Positions 58,390 through 64,000 of a stretch of 64,000 nucleotides of DNA are shown here, piece by piece. Every line of letters begins with the position of its first letter. Position 1 is the stretch's first letter. The stretch covers positions 4,090 through 68,089 of the forward strand of contig JBMFWU010000005.1 in NCBI GenBank assembly GCA_049964955.1, in the 5' to 3' direction. Source of the stretch: Syntrophobacteraceae bacterium (GTDB taxonomy: Bacteria > Desulfobacterota > Syntrophobacteria > Syntrophobacterales > Syntrophobacteraceae). Position numbers and translations under genes: made by a program. The notes under the pieces were generated by a model. That model was not told the origin of the DNA, made no database searches, and was given only the letters and a program-made list of their open reading frames with translations.

Positions 58390-58649
58390 ACGTTTGAATC
58401 TGGACACCCCAAAAGGAAGCTGAAGCACAGATAAACGACTGGCTGGAGTTATTTCCTGTGGCGTCTGCAACTCCCAAATCGTTGGCGAAGGCGCTTAAGG
58501 CGGTAAGAGAACACGGCCTTTCGTTCTGGGGCGCCCTTCTGCTCTCCGAGGATTTCCAGCACACCCGGGTGCTGGAAGGAGAGTTCTGCAACCCCTTTGA
58601 GATGGATGATCCCTTGGATCGCGTATTCAAGGCCCTGAGCGAAGACTGA
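58379..58649 (+). pseudogene. decayed PIN/VapC toxin (second copy)
   Basis: ATG 58379 gives MRDRRLNLDTPKGS*. Relative to copy 1, about 150 nt are missing after CTGGACACC (including the DTNIL catalytic region) and 36 nt are missing (DAMIWAVAAEAG...). The remaining blocks align with 52509-52770. Confidence 0.75.
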
Positions 58650-58789
58650 TCTTTCCGGTCTCACCCGGCCAGGAAGTGTCACCACGATGGGACGGGTGTC
58701 CCCCAAATATGACATCTCGCTTCCGATCGGATTTCATTTCATCCCCTGCCGAACTTCATTTTTCGCCATATTTGTCACAATTTATTCTC

Positions 58790-58805
58790 AGGCACATATC
58801 TTGCT
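58790..58805 (+). promoter_or_regulatory. candidate sigma-54 promoter for the secreted-protein/PEP-CTERM operon
   Basis: AGGCAC-ATATC-TTGCT, with GG/GC at canonical spacing and one mismatch at the first base only. About 240 nt upstream of ATG 59044. Confidence 0.55.
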
Positions 58806-59043
58806 GAGTATCAAGATACCTGAAAATACAGATGCGATTCTCGGGTTAACCTCCGTAAGCCATTGCACCATCGGCAAAAAGCAGGGAATCGGCGAACTCT
58901 TTATCTCAAATCACCCTTTCCGGTTGCGATACTTCCAACGGCTGCAAACGATAACATCAAGACCGATCCCTTCTCATTGATAATGCCGGAGTTCGAGCAC
59001 CAAATCCAATCAACCTTTTTGTGGCTCATCAAGGAGGACGATT

Positions 59044-61002
59044 ATGAGAGTGGTCAACTTTGGAATATTCATTTCGGCACTGGGCGCGACGCTCCTGGCA
59101 GCGGTCCCGACCCTGGCGACCACTGCTCCGCCGCCTGTGATCAAGGGGTGGCAAGTGGTAATAGACAACGGCTATAACATTCCAACCGATGCATGCAATC
59201 CGGAAAATCTAGCCGCCTGCCGGAAATTCAACAGCTACAACCCGCCTTCGGTCAATGCAGGCAAATTGGTGGTAATCCGCGCCAGAAGCAAGGGCGCGGA
59301 AGGCGGGGGCCAACAACCGGTCCACGGGATATACACTCGCGACATGGCCGTGGCGGAAAGTCCTGTCGTAAGGATCCTGGATCGCTCCAGTCCGGTGCCG
59401 CAGCCAAACAATCTCGACGCCACCTTCATCGAACCACCGGCTTTTCCACGCATTGACATGTACTCCGGTACCATTGCCACCCGCGGAAACCATCAGCCTG
59501 TGTGGGTTGAAAATGGTGACAGGTTCGGTACTACGGGCATTTATGCCAATCCGGTTGGTACACTGATCACCGGAGCAAGCAAGCTTGGTATAGTCCAATC
59601 TTTTTCTTTTTTTCAAGTTCCAGATGCCATTCCTCTTACGCCTTTCGACGTGTTTCCGGGAGCGCCCGCGGTAACGAAGGGGACGACTATAGTGTTCAAG
59701 GGAAATTACACGGAGAATTCGATCGCCAAGACCGGGGTATACTACAGAAACCTCTCTAATGCCTCCGCCGGCGGGGCCGCCCCTGTCGAACTGATTGCAA
59801 ACACCAATAACTTGATCCCCGGCACGACGAAAATTAAGTTTGGCTCCCTCGCGCCTCCCAGCGCAGCGGGCGACAAGGCGGTGTTTGTCGGCCTTGACAA
59901 CGAAGACAACCCCCAACACGGCGGGATTTACCTGGTCACGTTATCTCCCGAACCACAGCTCAAGACAGTCATAACGATAGGTTCCAATGTCCCCGGTGAA
60001 AGCGGCGCCACATTTAACAAGTTTGGCGAGGGGCTCTCCTTTGATGGTCGTTTTGTGGCCTTTTGGGGCGCATGGGGAAACGAGACCAGGTCCTTGAATC
60101 TGCAATGCCCGGCGGAAGGAAACAAAGACCGCGTAGCGTACTGCAAGAAACTCTGTGCTGCTGATTCGGCCAATTGTATTCGTACGGTCCCGGTACATCA
60201 GGGCATCTTCGTCCACGACCTGGTGACCGGGATCACTTACCCGGTCGCAAAGACGGGTGAGGAGTTTGGGGATTTCAGCGACTTTTTGTACTGGAACTTT
60301 TCCGGCCATGTCCCGGGGAGCACCATGGAGGATGACGGCGAACCGGCCAGATGGCGGTCTTCGGCGTTTGTAGCCGTTTCGGGGCTGGTAGACGGCAGCC
60401 TGGCGGACAAAAACTTCCATGCAGCTTTCAAGGCCAGGAAAGTCCAAGCGGTTGAAGGTGCCCCGGTCGACGGCATCTATCTCAGTGAAGGGCCGGTGCA
60501 GTCGCCTCTCCTTACCTTGGCCGAGACAGGCATGGATGGATCGCTCCTTGATCCTGCCCTGAATGGACAGAATTTGCCGGTCACGGAGATGGGCATCGAG
60601 CGCGACGGCTTTCGCGGCAATGCGCTGGCGATAAATGTGACCATGGGCAGCGAAGAAACCGGTTGGGGCGGGGTTTATCTGACAGAAGTCTGGATTAACC
60701 TCTCATCCCAGATCAGTTCAAGAAGCACAGGCTTTCTATATAGCCGTGTGTCCAGGCAGTTTACGGGTAGACTCACGATCACCAACAACGGCGCTGATAT
60801 CAACGGCAAGGTCGTCGTGGTCCTAAACGGCCTTACCGAAGGCGTCACGCTGGTCAATGCGACCGGCCAGTACAACGGCTCGCCCCTGATCACGGTATCG
60901 ACAAGCGGGCTAGCCGCAGGAGCGTCGATCACCGTTCCGCTGCAGTTCACTGATCCAGCCAACGCCAAAATTAACTTCACGACACTGGTACTCCAACCAT
61001 AG
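59044..61002 (+). CDS. secreted repeat protein of unknown function
   Basis: 652 aa. AGGAGG RBS. Signal peptide MRVVNFGIFISALGATLLAAVPTLATTA. Recurring strand motif G-x-x-[IV]-[AV]-F-x-G (KGTTIVFKG, GDKAVFVG, DGRFVAFWG), suggestive of a beta-propeller-like repeat. Ig-like C-terminal tail (TGRLTITNNGADINGKVVVVLNGL). Confidence 0.7.
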   Translation: MRVVNFGIFISALGATLLAAVPTLATTAPPPVIKGWQVVIDNGYNIPTDACNPENLAACRKFNSYNPPSVNAGKLVVIRARSKGAEGGGQQPVHGIYTRDMAVAESPVVRILDRSSPVPQPNNLDATFIEPPAFPRIDMYSGTIATRGNHQPVWVENGDRFGTTGIYANPVGTLITGASKLGIVQSFSFFQVPDAIPLTPFDVFPGAPAVTKGTTIVFKGNYTENSIAKTGVYYRNLSNASAGGAAPVELIANTNNLIPGTTKIKFGSLAPPSAAGDKAVFVGLDNEDNPQHGGIYLVTLSPEPQLKTVITIGSNVPGESGATFNKFGEGLSFDGRFVAFWGAWGNETRSLNLQCPAEGNKDRVAYCKKLCAADSANCIRTVPVHQGIFVHDLVTGITYPVAKTGEEFGDFSDFLYWNFSGHVPGSTMEDDGEPARWRSSAFVAVSGLVDGSLADKNFHAAFKARKVQAVEGAPVDGIYLSEGPVQSPLLTLAETGMDGSLLDPALNGQNLPVTEMGIERDGFRGNALAINVTMGSEETGWGGVYLTEVWINLSSQISSRSTGFLYSRVSRQFTGRLTITNNGADINGKVVVVLNGLTEGVTLVNATGQYNGSPLITVSTSGLAAGASITVPLQFTDPANAKINFTTLVLQP

Positions 61003-61012
61003 GAGGAGGAAA

Positions 61013-61642
61013 ATGAAATTCATAAAAGTGAAGCTTTTTGTTATAGCTTTTGTCTTGCTGGTCGCTGGTTCGGCATTCGCGTCGTCCATCTATGACATAT
61101 CGGTGAACACCCACTCCCTTTTTGGTCAGACCGGATATCTCTACCTACAGTACGTCCCCGTTAACGCTGCAAGTTCCATCGTGACGGTTTCAGGGTTCAC
61201 AACGGATGGATCGTTGGCTATTACAAACGATACTGCTTACGTTGTTGATGGCAGCGCTGTCACCGGTACTTTGCCAAACCCTGTCACTTTCGAAAACACC
61301 AATTTCATCAACGATTACAATCACAAAATCACCTTCGGTAACTATTTCGCTTTCCAACTTTCATTTAGTAACCTCGCCTCCGGGGGGGAAAGCGCTGGAA
61401 GCAGCACTTTTTCCCTCGGATTGTTCGCCAACGCAGAGGGTTCCCTTCCTTCGCTTCGTGATACCGTAGATACAGGTGGAACGCTGGCTTGGATTGACCT
61501 GGGGAACGACGGGACTACAGATACCCGGGTCCTGGTGCCCGAAGTTACAGTATCAGCGGTCCCCGAACCCTGCACGGTTTTGCTGCTCAGTTTGGCATTG
61601 GTCGGCATAGCCGTGTTTAGAAAGTGGCAAATCGGGGTTTGA
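61013..61642 (+). CDS. PEP-CTERM-anchored protein of unknown function
   Basis: 209 aa. Signal peptide MKFIKVKLFVIAFVLLVAGSAFA. C-terminus VPEP-CTVLLLSLALVGIAVF-RK, i.e. PEP motif plus TM helix plus basic residues. Starts 10 nt after the upstream stop, with a GGAGGAGG RBS. Confidence 0.75.
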   Translation: MKFIKVKLFVIAFVLLVAGSAFASSIYDISVNTHSLFGQTGYLYLQYVPVNAASSIVTVSGFTTDGSLAITNDTAYVVDGSAVTGTLPNPVTFENTNFINDYNHKITFGNYFAFQLSFSNLASGGESAGSSTFSLGLFANAEGSLPSLRDTVDTGGTLAWIDLGNDGTTDTRVLVPEVTVSAVPEPCTVLLLSLALVGIAVFRKWQIGV

Positions 61643-61653
61643 AGTGAATGTTC

Positions 61654-61678
61654 GTCCTCCCGGCTTCGCCGGGAGGAC
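61654..61678 (+). terminator. strong hairpin after the PEP-CTERM gene
   Basis: GTCCTCCCGG-cttcg-CCGGGAGGAC, a perfect 10-bp stem. No clear U-tract follows. Confidence 0.5.
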
Positions 61679-61753
61679 CCCCGCGTTTGCCGGTGCGCGG
61701 GATGTCACGTAGTTTTCCGGCACAGTTCAAGAGTTCCACGCTTTTCCGAATTG

Positions 61754-61893
61754 CCGGATGGGAGCGGCGCAGCATTCCCTACGGGGTGACGATCGGGAAA
61801 TTGTTGTCCGGAGAGTCCAGGAGCGAGAAAAGAGCGGCGTGCTTCCGGGGGCTACCTTCGATGGAAAAGTCTTCGGAGCAGACCGGTTCGTTC
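61754..61893 (-). repeat. duplicated copy of the alkyl-sulfatase 3' end (about 140 bp)
   Basis: Aligns with 62627-62764. The minus-strand translation ...EDFSIEGSPRKHAALFSLLDSPDNNFPIVTP* mirrors the sulfatase C-terminus ...EDFSIEGDPRKLAALFSLFDAPDNNFPIVTP*. Confidence 0.85.
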
Positions 61894-61896
61894 GAC

Positions 61897-62295
61897 TCAG
61901 GCTTCCCAGTGCACTGTTTCCAAGTCCGTCTGAGAAAAGTCGCCGCCCTTGAAAAGAAGGGGCTCGCCGGCACATTTCGCAAGAGAATAGGAACAGCAGT
62001 CGCCAATATTGAGCCCTGCGGGGTGTCGGCCTTTACCGTATTTTCTCCAGGCGGCCCTTGCAAGTTCCATGTGTTCAACCGTTAGGGGAACGATTTCGAT
62101 TTTCGCCCGGTCTAAGAGAATGTCGAGTTCACCGCCCCCCAAGTTGCCTTTCTTTGCTTCTATCACAATAGCTGTCTCTAATGCAGTGAAGGCACTGACG
62201 ATCCTTCTGGGATCCCGGGCTATTGCCAGAGCAAAAAGTTCAGCTTCAGGCTCCCCAAGAAGAATTGCGATCAGGGCGGAACTATCAATAATCAT
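61897..62295 (-). CDS. vapC: PIN-domain toxin VapC (FitB-like)
   Basis: 132 aa. MIIDSSALIAILLGEPEA, ALETAIV, NIGDCCSYSLAKCAGEPLLFKGGDFSQTDL. Confidence 0.9.
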   Translation of the reverse strand: MIIDSSALIAILLGEPEAELFALAIARDPRRIVSAFTALETAIVIEAKKGNLGGGELDILLDRAKIEIVPLTVEHMELARAAWRKYGKGRHPAGLNIGDCCSYSLAKCAGEPLLFKGGDFSQTDLETVHWEA

Positions 62296-62549
62296 TCCTT
62301 CGGGACCCCCGTATCATCGTAGCCAAGGATCTCGTCCGCCCCTCGCCGGTCTATTTCCGGCAAAGACCTGCACCGAATGGATATCTTCATTATCTCATCG
62401 GCAATTTCTGTGGTCGAGCGCCGTCCCTTAAGGCGGATGAGTTGCTCCTCCAATGCCTGTATGATCGCTTCGGTGATGTTTACCCCACTTTCGGCAGCAA
62501 CCTCGCGGGCAAGTTTTTCCGCTTTCGGATTCCTGATACTGAGCGCCAT
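62292..62549 (-). CDS. vapB: VapB-type antitoxin (Rv0623/PSK-like transcription factor family)
   Basis: 85 aa. MALSIRNPKAEKLAREVAAESGVNITEAIIQALEEQL. 4-nt overlap with vapC. Confidence 0.85.
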   Translation of the reverse strand: MALSIRNPKAEKLAREVAAESGVNITEAIIQALEEQLIRLKGRRSTTEIADEIMKISIRCRSLPEIDRRGADEILGYDDTGVPKE

Positions 62550-62626
62550 GCAACCCTCCCGTGCCCGTATAGAAAATCTGGCTAAGTATATACGGATAAG
62601 GTTAAAATCTCAAGCTGAAGTTGTTT

Positions 62627-62764
62627 CCGGATGGGCGTCGGCGCCGTCCCTACGGGGTGACGATCGGGAAATTGTTGTCCGGGGCGTCGAAGAGCGAGAA
62701 AAGAGCGGCGAGCTTCCGGGGGTCTCCTTCTATGGAAAAATCTTCGGGGCCGGCCGGTTCGTTC
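62627..62764 (-). repeat. original copy of the duplicated segment (sulfatase last about 38 codons plus 23 nt of 3' flank)
   Basis: Direct repeat of 61754-61893 flanking the vapBC cassette. Confidence 0.85.
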
Positions 62765-64000
62765 AGCGACACCTGCCCGGTAAGGAGCCTTATCCAGAAG
62801 GCGCGCGTAAGTGTTACGGTTGCGTCGGCATCGCGGGCGCGGGGGGCTTCCTTGTGGTGGAGTACCGAGTTTTCGAGACGCACGACGATTATGGCGCCAA
62901 GGTCTTTAAACACGAAGTTTACCGTAAGTTTCGCGCCGTTTGCCCGCGGGCCGTTCAACCGGGTCGCCATGGCCGTGAAAAACTGGCTGAGCGGGACGTT
63001 TTCAAGGATGTCCCGCGCGCCCGCAAGGGGAGGTTGGGGCAGCACGCCGCGGCGCAGTTCGCAGGCCCCCGTAAGATAGATATCGCGCCAGGGTCCCGAC
63101 TCCGCCTGGTAGCCCAGCTGGTCATAGACGCAGGCTAGAAGAGCCTTCGCCTCATCGTGCCCAGGAGCGGCAAAGACCGCGTGATCGAGCAGAGTCGCCG
63201 CCCAGCGGTAGTCGCCCGTATCGTAGGCCGCGCGCGCTCGGGCCAGAACCGCATCGATTCCGCCCATGGCCTCGACATAGCGTCTCGCCTCCTCTTCGGG
63301 CGGAAGGGGGTCGAGGTTTGCCGGGTTTCCGTCAAACCAGCCGAAGTAGAACTGGTAGACGGCCCGCGCGTTGTGCCTGGCCGTGCCGTAGTAGCCGCGG
63401 TTGGGAAAAGAGGATCGCAGGCTCTCGGGAAGAGTCATCTCCTCGGCGATCTCGCGCGGCGTCATGCCGCAAGAGGCCATTCGCAGCGTTTGGTCGTGGA
63501 GATACCGGTAGGTGTCGCGCTGTTTTTTCAGGTAGTCGGTAATGCGCTCCTGCCCCCAGACGGGCCAGTGGTGGCAGTTGAAAACGACCTCGGTTTTGTC
63601 TCCGAAAAGATCTATCGCCTCATCTATATACCCGCTCCACAGGAGAGCGTCGCGCACCTTCGCTCCCCGGAGGGTGTAGAGATTGTGCATGGTTTGCGAC
63701 ACGATCTCAGCACCGCAGAATGCTTTCAGTTGCGGCAGGAAAAAAGTGAGTTCCGCGGGGGCCTCGGAGTGCGGCGCATACTGAAAGATGAATTCGATGC
63801 CGTCGATTGTCATCTGCCGGCCGGTGCGATCGATACTGTCGGTTGGTGTGAGAATCGACACGGAGCCGAGAGCAGCACCTTTCCCCAGGCCGGTATCCAC
63901 GTGGCCCCGGGGGGTGCGGCCAAGGCCCTCCCCGTACATGTAGTGAGCGCGGCGCCCCATCACGACCCCTGCGATCACGTTCTCACTGACCGCTTCGGCC
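62650..64000 (-). CDS. alkyl/aryl-sulfatase (metallo-beta-lactamase fold, SdsA1/Bds1/YjcS-like), N-terminus beyond the right edge
   Basis: MHNLYTLRGAKVRDALLWSGYIDEAI, CHHWPVWG, YYGTARHNARAVYQFYFGWFDGNPANL and an SCP2-like C-terminal domain. The frame is open through base 64000. Confidence 0.8.
   Translation of the reverse strand, partial: AEAVSENVIAGVVMGRRAHYMYGEGLGRTPRGHVDTGLGKGAALGSVSILTPTDSIDRTGRQMTIDGIEFIFQYAPHSEAPAELTFFLPQLKAFCGAEIVSQTMHNLYTLRGAKVRDALLWSGYIDEAIDLFGDKTEVVFNCHHWPVWGQERITDYLKKQRDTYRYLHDQTLRMASCGMTPREIAEEMTLPESLRSSFPNRGYYGTARHNARAVYQFYFGWFDGNPANLDPLPPEEEARRYVEAMGGIDAVLARARAAYDTGDYRWAATLLDHAVFAAPGHDEAKALLACVYDQLGYQAESGPWRDIYLTGACELRRGVLPQPPLAGARDILENVPLSQFFTAMATRLNGPRANGAKLTVNFVFKDLGAIIVVRLENSVLHHKEAPRARDADATVTLTRAFWIRLLTGQVSLNEPAGPEDFSIEGDPRKLAALFSLFDAPDNNFPIVTP

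Noticed and set aside
58806-59043. c-di-GMP or other riboswitch in the long leader (contains CCATTGCAC and GGCAAAAAGC strings)
   Set aside because: These are only short string resemblances. I cannot build the conserved helices by eye, so a covariance-model scan is needed.

Overview
High-GC bacterial chromosomal segment. Gene content suggests an anaerobic Desulfobacterota/deltaproteobacterium-like organism, but this is inference only. About 62 protein-coding genes can be supported. I saw no rRNA, tRNA or CRISPR. Many ORFs in the supplied track are antisense or N-terminally over-extended, and I re-set starts where the sequence allowed. Housekeeping blocks: sodB; pyrE; gyrB-gyrA-gpsA; UbiA/UbiD-type quinone genes; a long minus-strand run (periplasmic [NiFe] hydrogenase small and large subunits, maturation protease, hypC, membrane protein, folP, glmM, coaX, ldcA, serine hydrolase, mpl); ffh-rpsP-KH-rimM-trmD-(SPOUT-like)-rplS; a P3A-like P-type ATPase; and ABC and MFS transporters. 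Accessory content: five toxin-antitoxin loci (two decayed) and a REP-associated tyrosine transposase flanked by REP hairpins. At about 52-62 kb lies an island with a membrane GT2 synthase, a histidine kinase plus sigma-54 enhancer-binding regulator, and a secreted repeat protein plus PEP-CTERM protein pair. Both outward-facing units of the island carry near-consensus sigma-54 promoters, and two copies of one Phd/PIN locus bracket the regulatory core. The most unusual non-genic signal is two families of stop-codon-bearing heptanucleotide tandem arrays (CAGTGAN and TAGTTGY in gene sense). They sit exactly on gene 3' ends and in three cases supply the last codons of proteins (...SEQ*). All family assignments rest on motif recognition by eye and need HMM/BLAST confirmation.
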